Origin: Nannocystis bainbridge | GTDB taxonomy: Bacteria > Myxococcota_A > Polyangia > Nannocystales > Nannocystaceae | Direction of reading: 5' to 3' | Length of the DNA stretch: 64,000 nt | NCBI RefSeq assembly: GCF_028368995.1 | Contig: NZ_JAQNDL010000003.1 | Span: 2,880,001 to 2,944,000, forward strand | In this document: one piece after another, positions 47,180 to 56,075 of the stretch | Position numbering within the stretch: the stretch's first letter is position 1 | Layout: every line of letters begins with the position of its first letter | Translations under genes and position numbers: made by a program | The notes under the pieces: generated by a model | Databases searched by the model: none | Told to the model about the DNA's origin: nothing | What the model saw: the letters and a program-made list of their open reading frames with translations, nothing else

Positions 47180-48082
47180 TCACCCCGCCGGCAGCGGCCC
47201 CACGTACGCGACCACGTCGGCGCGCCCGCGATCTTCCGCGCGCAACGCCGCCGCGTCCTCCGCCACCACCGACAGCCGCCACACCTTCGCCGAGGGTTGC
47301 GCCGCGCGGACCCGCTGATACAGCCCGCCCTCGCCATCGACGTGGAAGCTCCCGACCACCTGCACCACCGGCCGTGAACCGCCTGCCAGCGCCCGCACGA
47401 TCGACCCTGCCATCGTCGCGTCCCACACGTTCTGCGCCCGGTAGAACCCCTCGAGCGTGGCCGGATCGACCCCCGCGTGCTGGCCCATCAGCGCCGTGAA
47501 CTGCTGGCGATACGTCCCTTCGGTCAGCTGCTCCGGCACCTCCACCAGCACCTGCTCCTCGGGCGGCAATGTGCGCAGTGGCTCGAGCCCCTCCAGCCGC
47601 GCCCGCTTCACCAGCGCCCGCGCCGCGTTGGCCGCGATCACCGGCCGACCCTTCGCCTTCGCGGCCGCGACCATCCGCCGATGCCCCGCCGGGAACTTGC
47701 GCTCGCCCTCGAGCTCCGCCGCCGCGCGGAACGCCGCCTCGTCGATCTCCCCGCGCAGGTACGCGTCGAGCTTCGCCTGGCGATCGCGCTCGACGCTCTC
47801 GAGGGCCAGCGCCGCGCTCGCCCCGGTCGCCAGCAGCGCCTCGAACAGCGCCGCCGCCAGCTCGAGCCCGAGCGGATGCGCGTGCTGCTCGCCGATGAGC
47901 ACCACGTCGCTCGCGCCCATCGCCTCCACGATCTCCGCCTCGGTCACCGGCCTGCCGTCGGCCCCCGAGAAGAGCCGCGCCTCCTGCAGCCCCGGCGCGC
48001 GCGTCTCCTGCTTGCGGCACGCCGACACACTGACCGCGCCGAGCGCAAACCGCATCCACTGCCGCCGGGACTGCCCTGTCAC
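47180..48082 (-). CDS. ChaN/DUF399 family (haem-uptake-like) lipoprotein
   Basis: SRRQWMRF…VSA-C signal, DVVLIGEQH.HP, LALE, AQNVWDATMA, VGSFH. Confidence 0.8.
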   Translation of the reverse strand: MTGQSRRQWMRFALGAVSVSACRKQETRAPGLQEARLFSGADGRPVTEAEIVEAMGASDVVLIGEQHAHPLGLELAAALFEALLATGASAALALESVERDRQAKLDAYLRGEIDEAAFRAAAELEGERKFPAGHRRMVAAAKAKGRPVIAANAARALVKRARLEGLEPLRTLPPEEQVLVEVPEQLTEGTYRQQFTALMGQHAGVDPATLEGFYRAQNVWDATMAGSIVRALAGGSRPVVQVVGSFHVDGEGGLYQRVRAAQPSAKVWRLSVVAEDAAALRAEDRGRADVVAYVGPLPAG

Positions 48083-48211
48083 GCCGCGAGGCTCGCACAG
48101 CCCTCCCGGCGCGACAACCAGGGAGATCCGCGCAGGGACCTCACCCGCGCCGACGCCGAAGCTCCCGCATCAGAGATCCGGCGTCAGCCATCGGCCCACC
48201 ATTCGCCTGCC

Positions 48212-50272
48212 TCAGTGGATCCGCCCCGCCGAGCCCAGCTTCCAGCGGACCCGCGCCAGCGTCAGCGGCACGATCGCCGCCTTCAGCTTCGCCTCCTTCC
48301 GCAGCACCCGGCCGGCCTCCTTCAGCGTCGCCCCCGAACCGACAAAATCATCGAGCAACAGCAGCTCTCCGCGCACCGTGTCGCTGCCGATCTTCATCGT
48401 GTTCTCCACGTTCTCGCGCCGCTGATCGTTGTTGCGCAGCTCGCTCTGCCGCGCCCGCGGCTCCTCGCGCCACACCAGCAGCTCCGGCAGCGCCGGCACC
48501 CCCAGCGTCTCCGCCGCGATCTGCAGCGCCTCCGCGCGCTGCCCCCAGTCGCGGCTCGGCACCGCCGCCACCGCCGCGAACGCGAACTGCTCGCCGAGCG
48601 CCCGCACCCGCGCGCGCAGCAGCTCCACCACCGCCGGCGCCAGCCCCTCCCCCGTCTCGCGCCCCTTGAAGAATCCGCGGAACAGCGGCCCGGCGATCTC
48701 GCCGTCGAGCAGCGCCAACCCCTCCGCCATCTCCGGCCGCGCGCTCGCGGCGATCGGCGACGGCCGCGACTCGAGCCAGCGCTGCGCCTCCGCGGCGGCC
48801 GCCTCGATGTCCACGCTCGACTGTTGCCCCCGGCACAGCGAGCAGCGCCCGCACGCCGTCGCCTCGCGGTCACCGAGCGCACGCCGCAGCGTCGCCATCA
48901 GGCAATCGGCCTCGCCGCGCCCGTACGCCAGCATCGCCCCCAGCTCGCGCGTCCGCACCGCGTGTTGCGTGCGGTAGCGGTCGAGCTCCGGCGTACCTGT
49001 CTTTTGAGTCAGACCATACACCTGCTTGCCGCCAGCGCTGAGCTTGCGGACGAAGCCCTGCTCGACCAGCTCCGCGATCACCACCGTCACCCGCGTCGGG
49101 TGCAGTCCCGTCCGCACCTTGATCGCCGTCAGCCCCAGCGGATCGTGCTCGACCGCCTCGACGATCGCCGTGAAGTCCTCCGGCTGCGGCTGCGCCGAAT
49201 CGATGAAGTGCTCCTGGATCCGCCGGTCCTCCGGGTCGTACAGCAAGATCCCCCGCGCCGGCCGGCCGTCGCGTCCGGCGCGGCCCACCTCTTGATAATA
49301 GGCCGTCACCGAGCCTGGCACGTCGACGTGGATCACGTAGCGCAGGTCCGACTTGTCGATCCCCATCCCCAACGCATTGGTCGCCGCGATCACCGGGCAA
49401 TCGCCGTGCAGGAACGTCGCCTGCAGCTCGCGCTTGCGCTCCGGCTCGAGCCCCGCGTGATACGCCTCGGCTCGCAGCCCGCGCGCCTGCAGGAAGCCCG
49501 CGACCAGCTCCGTGCGCTCTCGCGTCGCGCAGTACACGATCCCCGGCGACGGCAGCCGCGGCACGATCTGCGCCAGATAGGCCAGCTTCTCCGCCATCCC
49601 CGCCAGCCCCACCGTCGCCAGCGACAGGTTGGGCCGGTCCATGCTGTTGCGGTGCACCGTCAGCGGCGCGTCGCCCGGGCGCTGCAGCTGCGCGCGGATG
49701 TCCTCCTCCACCCGCTCGTCCGCCGTCGCCGTCAGCCCCAGCACCCGCAGCGACGGGTGACGCGCTTGCAGGGCTCGCAGCAGGTGCACGATCTGCCGGT
49801 ACGCCGGGCGGAAGTCGTGGCCCCACGTCGAGATGCAGTGCGCCTCGTCGACCACCAGCAGCCGGATCGGCAGCGCCGCCAGGGCCTCGAAGCGGTCGAC
49901 GTGGTCGAGGTGCTCCGGTGACACGAACAGCAGCCGCGCTCGCCCCTGGGCCGCCGCAGCCTTGGCCGCGTCGTTCTCTTCCTCGCTCTGGTCGCTGTTG
50001 ATGCTCGCCGCCGCCAGCCCGAAGCGGTCGTTGAGGTGCTGCAATTGGTCGCGCATCAGCGCCAGCAGCGGCGACACCACCAGGGTGATCCCGTCGAGCA
50101 GCGCCGCCGGCAATTGATACAACAGGCTCTTGCCGTACCCGGTCGGCTGGATGCACAAGAGCGCCCCGCTGCCGAGCAGCAATTCCTCGACGCTACGCCG
50201 CTGCCCCGGGCGGAACTCCGAGAACCCGAACCGTTCGGCGAGCACGCGGTCGAGGTCGGCCTGTTCGATCAT
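48212..50272 (-). CDS. recQ: RecQ family DNA helicase with C-terminal phosphoribosyltransferase-like domain
   Basis: FGFSEFRPGQ, PTGYGKSL, VDEAHCISTWGHDFRP, GMGIDK, YYQEVGRAGRDG, Zn motif C…CGRCSLC, LLLDDFVGSGAT. Confidence 0.92.
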   Translation of the reverse strand: MIEQADLDRVLAERFGFSEFRPGQRRSVEELLLGSGALLCIQPTGYGKSLLYQLPAALLDGITLVVSPLLALMRDQLQHLNDRFGLAAASINSDQSEEENDAAKAAAAQGRARLLFVSPEHLDHVDRFEALAALPIRLLVVDEAHCISTWGHDFRPAYRQIVHLLRALQARHPSLRVLGLTATADERVEEDIRAQLQRPGDAPLTVHRNSMDRPNLSLATVGLAGMAEKLAYLAQIVPRLPSPGIVYCATRERTELVAGFLQARGLRAEAYHAGLEPERKRELQATFLHGDCPVIAATNALGMGIDKSDLRYVIHVDVPGSVTAYYQEVGRAGRDGRPARGILLYDPEDRRIQEHFIDSAQPQPEDFTAIVEAVEHDPLGLTAIKVRTGLHPTRVTVVIAELVEQGFVRKLSAGGKQVYGLTQKTGTPELDRYRTQHAVRTRELGAMLAYGRGEADCLMATLRRALGDREATACGRCSLCRGQQSSVDIEAAAAEAQRWLESRPSPIAASARPEMAEGLALLDGEIAGPLFRGFFKGRETGEGLAPAVVELLRARVRALGEQFAFAAVAAVPSRDWGQRAEALQIAAETLGVPALPELLVWREEPRARQSELRNNDQRRENVENTMKIGSDTVRGELLLLDDFVGSGATLKEAGRVLRKEAKLKAAIVPLTLARVRWKLGSAGRIH

Positions 50273-50411
50273 CGCGCTTCTCTAGCATCAAACTCGCCCC
50301 GCGGCCGCAGCCTCGTGCATTTTCGCACCCATGGCCCCGCGCGCCGGGCAAATCCCCCGCTCGGCGCTGTCCCCCTCGCTCCTCCCCACGCGCCGCCCTA
50401 TCCTGCGAACG

Positions 50412-51284
50412 ATGCCCGCGCCCCGCCTGATCGTCGATCACGTGGTCGCCACCGACGCCGCGCTCGTCGACCTCCGGATCGAGATGCTCGAGCACGGCGC
50501 CTTCTCGGTCCGCGGCGTCACGGCCGTCGAGCTGGTGCAGGAGACCTTCCAGTGCTTCATGCGCTGCCTGGAAGGCGCTGTCCCACCGGACATGTCCGAT
50601 CGGGCATGCGCCGAGCTGAACGGCGACGGGCCGTTCGACCTGGCCCCCGACCTCCTGGCGGCGACCGGCGCTCCGCTGCCCGCTGGCGTCTACGACCTCG
50701 TGCACGCCATCGTCCCCCTTACCGCGATTCATCACACCGGCCTGTGCGTCAACTTCCCGGGTGATTACGGGGTCAGCTACCGCGAGCCGGACGCCTGGGG
50801 CGTCGAAGTCCGCGAGGCAGGCTCGGATCGCCGCCTCGGCTACGGCCGCGACAATCCCCAACCCACGCCCACGGTGATGTACCGCGGCACGATCGGCGAC
50901 CTGGCGATCTTGCTGCTACCGCTCACCACCGCCGCCGACGCCGCGCGCATCGACCACTACGCTCAGCGCCTCACTGCCGGCGCCCGCCCAACCGCGCTCG
51001 CCTTCGGCTGCTACGCCAACGAGCGCTGCGCCGTCGCCGTCGTGCTCGACGGCCACCACAAGCTCGCCGCCGCCGCCGCCACCAGCGCGCCCGTCGGCGT
51101 GCTGATGTTCCTCTCGCCGCGTCTGTTCCGCAGCTACGCCGACTGCCCGCGGTACCATCCCCGCCCCGAGATCAGCCTCGAGGCCGCCCGCCGCAACATC
51201 GTCGGGCCCACGCACGCTCGGCTCGCCTGGGCCGACGAGCTCGAGCTCCAGCGCTCGTTTCGCCCGCCGTGGTCGCGCGAGTAG
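50412..51284 (+). CDS. Hypothetical protein
   Basis: GC3-biased ORF; VLDGHHKL.A resembles a ParB/sulfiredoxin-like DGHHR motif (weak). Confidence 0.6.
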   Translation: MPAPRLIVDHVVATDAALVDLRIEMLEHGAFSVRGVTAVELVQETFQCFMRCLEGAVPPDMSDRACAELNGDGPFDLAPDLLAATGAPLPAGVYDLVHAIVPLTAIHHTGLCVNFPGDYGVSYREPDAWGVEVREAGSDRRLGYGRDNPQPTPTVMYRGTIGDLAILLLPLTTAADAARIDHYAQRLTAGARPTALAFGCYANERCAVAVVLDGHHKLAAAAATSAPVGVLMFLSPRLFRSYADCPRYHPRPEISLEAARRNIVGPTHARLAWADELELQRSFRPPWSRE

Positions 51285-51326
51285 TCCAGCGTCTTCGCAC
51301 ATGTCCTACCGGACATGTCCCTACAT

Positions 51327-52015
51327 TCACCCCGCCCGCGCCGCCAGCTCGCGCTGACCGATCGCGTTGAGGTCGCGCGTCTCGAGCACGTATTTCGCCG
51401 TCCCGTCGCGGGCCACCGCGATCATCGCTCGCCCCATCTGCTCCGTGCTCGTCACCAGCCCCGGCAGCAGTAACTTCCACAGCGGATACAGGGGCGCCAG
51501 CACCGCGTAGAACAGGTTGTACATCCGAGTGCGCGAGCGGATCCCGTGCAGCGGCTGGACGAACGCCGGGCGGACCACATAGCTCGCGTGCAGCGGCAGC
51601 TCGCGCAACGCGTTCTCCGTCTTCCCTTCACCCGCGCCCACATCACCCGCCCGCGTTCGCTGCTGTCGGCGCCCATGCCCGACACGAACACGAACGTCAG
51701 CTGCGGGCTCGACGCTGCCAGCGAGCGCGCCGCGGACAGCGTCAGGTCGTACGTCACCCGCGTGTACTCGGCCTCGGACATCCCCGCCGACGACACCCCG
51801 ACGCACCAGAAGCACGCGTCGTGCCCCGCCAGCCCCTCCGCGATCGGCGAAAGATCGCCCAGGTCCGCGTGGATCAGCTCGCGCAGCTTCGGGTGGTGCT
51901 GACCCGTCGGATTGCGGCCGACCACCGTCACGCGATCGATCTGCGGGTCCAGCAGCGACTCGCGCAGCACCGCCTGACCGATCATCCCTGTCGCCCCGAA
52001 GATCAGCACCTTCAT
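51327..52015 (-). pseudogene. NAD(P)-binding Rossmann protein (atypical SDR/epimerase) with a 1-nt frameshift
   Basis: MKVLIFGATGMIGQ…WARVKG in one frame and KTENAL…RPAFVQP in another; one base is missing at ~51625. Confidence 0.8.
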
Positions 52016-52246
52016 CGCGTCACCCCTTCGGACCTGTCCCCGGGGGCAGGTTCATCCCTGTCGCCCCGAAGATCCTTCATCGCGTCAGCCCCTCGGACCT
52101 GTCCCCGGGGCCAGGTTCATCCCTGTCGCCCCGAAGATCCTTCATCGCGTCAGCCCCTCGGACCTGTCCCCGGGGGCAGGTTCATCCCTGTCGCCCCGAA
52201 GATCCTTCATCGCGTCAGCCCCTCGGACCTGTCCCTGGGGGCAGGT
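51982..52246. repeat. Four tandem ~65-bp copies of the SDR-stop / epimerase-start junction
   Basis: GGACCTGTCC at 52030, 52095, 52160 and 52225. Confidence 0.95.
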
Positions 52247-53120
52247 CGAAGCGCACCCCCGTCAGCTCCTCGGAGCGCTGCCACAGCCGCGCCGCGAGCT
52301 GCTCGTTGCGGGCTTGCGGCGGCACCCAGGCCCGGATCGGCGCCCCGCGCATCAGCAAGATCCGCGGCCCGTAGTACTCGCCGCCGCGCACGTCCGCGGC
52401 CGTCGCCGCGCGCAGCGACGGCAGCGCCCCGTCTTGCGCCGACTGCCCGAGCAGCTTGATGCTGCGCGTGAACGCGTGCTTCTGCAGCCCCGTCGAAGCC
52501 CCGCCCGGGTGGGCCGCCATGCTGCGCAGCCCGGTGTCGCCGGCGCGCCGCTGCAGCTCGAGCATGAACATCAGGTTGGCCAGCTTCGACCGCCCGTAGG
52601 TGCCCATCGGCGTGTAGCGCCGCTCGCTCTGCAGGTCGTCGATGTCGAGCCGCGCGCCCCAGGCCACGCCGCTGCTGACCGTCACCACTCGCGGTGCCGC
52701 GCTGGCCCGCAGCGCCGGCAGCAGCAGCCCCGTCAGCGCGAAGTGCCCGAGGTGATTGGTGCCGAACTGCTTCTCGAACCCGTCGACCGTGGTCTCGCGC
52801 CGCGGCAGCGCCATGATGCCGGCGTTGTTGACCAGCAGGTCGAGCCGCGGGTGGGCCCGCCGCACCTGCTCGGCGAACGACCGCACCGACGCCAGCGACG
52901 ACAGGTCGAGCGGGACGAGCTCGACCTTGCCCCCCGACTGCTGCCGCAGGCCGCTCAGCGCCTCCTCGCCGCGGGCGGCGTCGCGGCAGCCGATGACCAC
53001 CTCCGCCCCCGCGCGCGCCAGCTCCAGCGCCGTGTAATAGCCGATACCGCTGTTCGCGCCCGTGACCACGGCGGTCGTGCCGTCCAGTCGTGGGATGTCC
53101 TTCGTGCCCCAGCCGCTCAT
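52215..53120 (-). CDS. Short-chain dehydrogenase/reductase (retinol dehydrogenase/WWOX-like)
   Basis: VTGANSGIG, NNAGIM, GTNHLGHF, YGRSK. Confidence 0.93.
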   Translation of the reverse strand: MSGWGTKDIPRLDGTTAVVTGANSGIGYYTALELARAGAEVVIGCRDAARGEEALSGLRQQSGGKVELVPLDLSSLASVRSFAEQVRRAHPRLDLLVNNAGIMALPRRETTVDGFEKQFGTNHLGHFALTGLLLPALRASAAPRVVTVSSGVAWGARLDIDDLQSERRYTPMGTYGRSKLANLMFMLELQRRAGDTGLRSMAAHPGGASTGLQKHAFTRSIKLLGQSAQDGALPSLRAATAADVRGGEYYGPRILLMRGAPIRAWVPPQARNEQLAARLWQRSEELTGVRFDLPPGTGPRG

Positions 53121-53143
53121 CGCGTGTCTCTCCTGTGTGTTCG

Positions 53144-53206
53144 GTAAACGAACGTTTACTTGGCGACATCTTGGACCGCCCGTGCTAGAAGTCAACAGCC
53201 GTTTAC
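53144..53206. promoter_or_regulatory. Two TetR operator candidates
   Basis: GTAAACG-AA-CGTTTAC (53144-53159) and the related GTCAACAGCCGTTTAC (53191-53206) between the divergent SDR and TetR genes. Confidence 0.7.
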
Positions 53207-53217
53207 AAAAAACACCG

Positions 53218-53820
53218 ATGGCCCAGCGCAAGAGCCCCTCCCGCCCCCGTTCCGCCGCCGCGCCGCGCCCCCGCGACGCCGAGCAGACCCGGGCCGAGAT
53301 CCTCCACGCCGCCCGCGTGCTGTTCGCCACCCGCGGCTACGCCAACGCGGGCATGCGAGAGATCGCCGCCGCCGCCGGCATCACCCCCGCGCTGGTCGTC
53401 CGCTACTTCGGCTCGAAGCGCGACCTGTTCGTCGCCGCCATCGAGTCCGACATCGCCCTCGGCCCGTTCCTCGGCCCCGACCGCGCCACCGTCGGCCGCC
53501 ACATCGCCCGCCATTTCTTCAGCAAGCCGGTGCGCGAGGTCGACACCCTGTCGATCCTGCTGCACGCCGCCGGCCAGCCGGAGGTCTGCGACCTCGCCAC
53601 CGAGCTGCTGGCCACGCGGGTGATCCAGCCGCTCGCCCGCTGGCTCGGCCCCCCGCGCGCCGAGGCCCGCGCCTCCCTGGTGCTGGCCATCATCTCGGGC
53701 ACCTGGCTGTTCCGCCAGGCGCTGCCGATGCGCGCCTTCGCGGGCGGCCCGGACACGTCGCTGGCGTCGTGCCTGGCCGCGCAGATCCAGCACGTGGTCG
53801 ACGGCCTGCCAGAGCCCTGA
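53218..53820 (+). CDS. TetR family transcriptional regulator
   Basis: RDAEQTRAEIL.AAR.LFA..GY….REIAAAAGITPALVVRYFGSK..LF. Confidence 0.92.
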   Translation: MAQRKSPSRPRSAAAPRPRDAEQTRAEILHAARVLFATRGYANAGMREIAAAAGITPALVVRYFGSKRDLFVAAIESDIALGPFLGPDRATVGRHIARHFFSKPVREVDTLSILLHAAGQPEVCDLATELLATRVIQPLARWLGPPRAEARASLVLAIISGTWLFRQALPMRAFAGGPDTSLASCLAAQIQHVVDGLPEP

Positions 53821-53983
53821 TCGCGCCTATCGAGGGCGGCGGGGAGCGCGAGCGTCGAGCCGCGCGCGCGAGCAAGAAGCATCGGTCTGCGGTCACTCGT
53901 CGGTGCTTCGATGATGGCGATGGATCGTCATGCGAGATTGACGACACCTGCGCATGCGCTCGGACATGATGCTCGCAAAGCCT

Positions 53984-54520
53984 TCACGACCGCGGGGTCG
54001 CGCAGGCGATCGCCACCGTCGCCGATGGATCTCCGACCATGCTGTGCGAGCAGCGCGTCACCCGACCTTCGCCGTCGAACGCGACCTCGAGCCCGTCGAC
54101 GTCGTGATACGGGAACCGCATCACTCCCGCCTCCCCTGCCGCCAACCACGCCGGCGCCTCGCCGCCGCTCCGCGTCAGCCTCGCCTGCCACGCCGCGCGA
54201 TCGATGCGGCGCTCGCATTGCCGCTGACACATGCACAGCGCGCGCGCGTGCGCTGAATCGCCATCGCACGGCGGCGTGACGCTCTCCGACTCCGGCATCG
54301 CCTCGATCGCGGCGCTCTGGGCCTCGATCACCCCGGATCGCGGCAGCACGATCGCCGCGCTCGCCGGCTCGCTCGCGGCGATCGGCGCCTTCGCGGCACA
54401 CCCACCCACCAGCAGCATCGCCGCCGACGAAAACCCGCGCAAACAGCCCTGCAGACGCTTGACCGCCGCGATTCGGGCCCCACGCTGATCGCATATGAAG
54501 CACATGTCCGGCGCGATCAT
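53984..54520 (-). CDS. Hypothetical protein, possibly a lipoprotein
   Basis: Internal AAMLLVGG-C lipobox-like motif; start uncertain. Confidence 0.4.
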   Translation of the reverse strand: MIAPDMCFICDQRGARIAAVKRLQGCLRGFSSAAMLLVGGCAAKAPIAASEPASAAIVLPRSGVIEAQSAAIEAMPESESVTPPCDGDSAHARALCMCQRQCERRIDRAAWQARLTRSGGEAPAWLAAGEAGVMRFPYHDVDGLEVAFDGEGRVTRCSHSMVGDPSATVAIACATPRS

Positions 54521-54728
54521 GACACTGATCTTCCTCGGCGTGCCCTTCTTGATGGTATTTGCGTTGTTGGTCCGCGGCGCCCTGCGTACCGTTCAGGAAT
54601 GGCGTTTCGCTCGCATGGCCCGGCTCGACGGGCCGGGCTCGTCCCCCAGCCTCGGCGAACCGCAGCCCCCCGAAGTCCGCGTCGACCTGCCCCCCGTGCG
54701 TCGCCCCGGCCCCCCGCGCCTCGGCTGA
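54495..54728 (+). CDS. Small single-pass membrane protein
   Basis: One hydrophobic helix and a Pro-rich tail. Confidence 0.45.
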   Translation: MKHMSGAIMTLIFLGVPFLMVFALLVRGALRTVQEWRFARMARLDGPGSSPSLGEPQPPEVRVDLPPVRRPGPPRLG

Positions 54729-54905
54729 AGCTCTCGCTCCTTCGCGCGGAGCGGATGCGCTACCTCCATGCACACGTGCGGCCATGCGAGCCTCGATCGC
54801 AGCCGCACATGAGTGAGCACGCGGAAGCGCCACCATGATCGCGCGGCCGCGCGCGCGTCTGCGGCCAGCTTTACCCCTCGCGACGATTGCGGTACCCACA
54901 CGAGA

Positions 54906-56075
54906 GTGCCGATCGCCTTCTCGCGCTCATTGCGGGCTCTGGGGGCCGAGAGCGCGCGCGGCACGGTCGTCGGCGTCGCCCTCGCCGTCGGCTTCCTCGC
55001 CGCCTGGGCCGCCTGGTCGATGCTCGCGCGGGTCAGCCTGATCGCCACCAGCGAGCAGGCTCGCCTCGAGGTCGCGCGGGCCGCCGTCCCGCTCGCCCCG
55101 GTCCTCGAGGGACGTGTCCTTTCGGCCAGCCTCGCGCTCGGCCGCCGCGTCGCCGCCGGTGAACCATTGCTCGAGCTCGACAGCCGCGGCCTCCAGCTCG
55201 CGCGAGCCGAGGTCGACGCCGAACGCCAGGGCCTGCTCACCGAGCTCGGCGCCCTCGCCGGTGAGCACGCCGCCCTCGCCGCCGCGATCGAGGCCTTCGA
55301 GGCCGGAGGTCGCACGCGCCAGAGCGAGGCCTCTGCCAGCGCCCAGGAGGCCCAGATCGCCGCCGCCTTCGCCCGCACCATGGCCGAGCGCAGCGAGAGC
55401 CTGCGCGGCCTCGGCGTCGAGTCGAGCGAGGCCGCCGAATTGCTGCAAGCGCGCGAGCGAGGCAGCGCCGCGGTGGCGACGATCCGCCGCCTGCAGATCG
55501 CGCGCACCCGGGCCGAGCTCGGCGAGCGGCTGGCGACGATGCGCATCGACCTCGCCCGCACCCTGCGCGAGGAGGCCGAGCTGCAGCGAGCGCTGGCCAC
55601 GAAGATCGCCGCGCTCGCGCGCCTCGACCACCAGATCGACCAACACTCGCTGCGCGCCCCGATCGCCGGCCGGCTCGGCGGCGTGGTCCCGCTGCAACCC
55701 GGCGCCGTGCTCGCGCGTGGGGCCGTGGTCGCGCTCGTGATCCCCGACGACCCGCTGCGCATCGTCGGCCGCTTCACCCCCGCCAGCGTCGGCCGGATCC
55801 GCCCCGGCCAGCCCGCCCGCATGCGCCTCGACGGCTTCCCCTGGACCGAGTTCGGCAGCCTCCGCGGCCGCGTCGCCGCCGTCGCCAGCGAGGCCGAGGA
55901 CGGCCTCGTCCGCGTTGAGTGCGACATGTCCACAGGGACAGATAATATGTCCGAAGGGACAGCTAGCAAGATCCCTGCCGAGCACGGCCTCACCGGCGTG
56001 CTCGAGATCGAGGTCGAGTCCGTCGCGCCCGCCGCCCTGCTGCTGCGCACCATCGGTCAGGCCCTCGCCCCATGA
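54906..56075 (+). CDS. HlyD family membrane fusion protein (type I secretion adaptor)
   Basis: N-terminal TM, lipoyl half-motifs (GRRVAAGEPLLELD; LRAPIAG), coiled coil, GRIRPGQ.AR.RLDGFPWTEFG. Confidence 0.88.
   Translation: MPIAFSRSLRALGAESARGTVVGVALAVGFLAAWAAWSMLARVSLIATSEQARLEVARAAVPLAPVLEGRVLSASLALGRRVAAGEPLLELDSRGLQLARAEVDAERQGLLTELGALAGEHAALAAAIEAFEAGGRTRQSEASASAQEAQIAAAFARTMAERSESLRGLGVESSEAAELLQARERGSAAVATIRRLQIARTRAELGERLATMRIDLARTLREEAELQRALATKIAALARLDHQIDQHSLRAPIAGRLGGVVPLQPGAVLARGAVVALVIPDDPLRIVGRFTPASVGRIRPGQPARMRLDGFPWTEFGSLRGRVAAVASEAEDGLVRVECDMSTGTDNMSEGTASKIPAEHGLTGVLEIEVESVAPAALLLRTIGQALAP

Noticed and set aside
51982-52246. Possible CRISPR array
   Set aside because: Whole 65-bp units are near-identical and derive from adjacent gene ends; there are no spacers.
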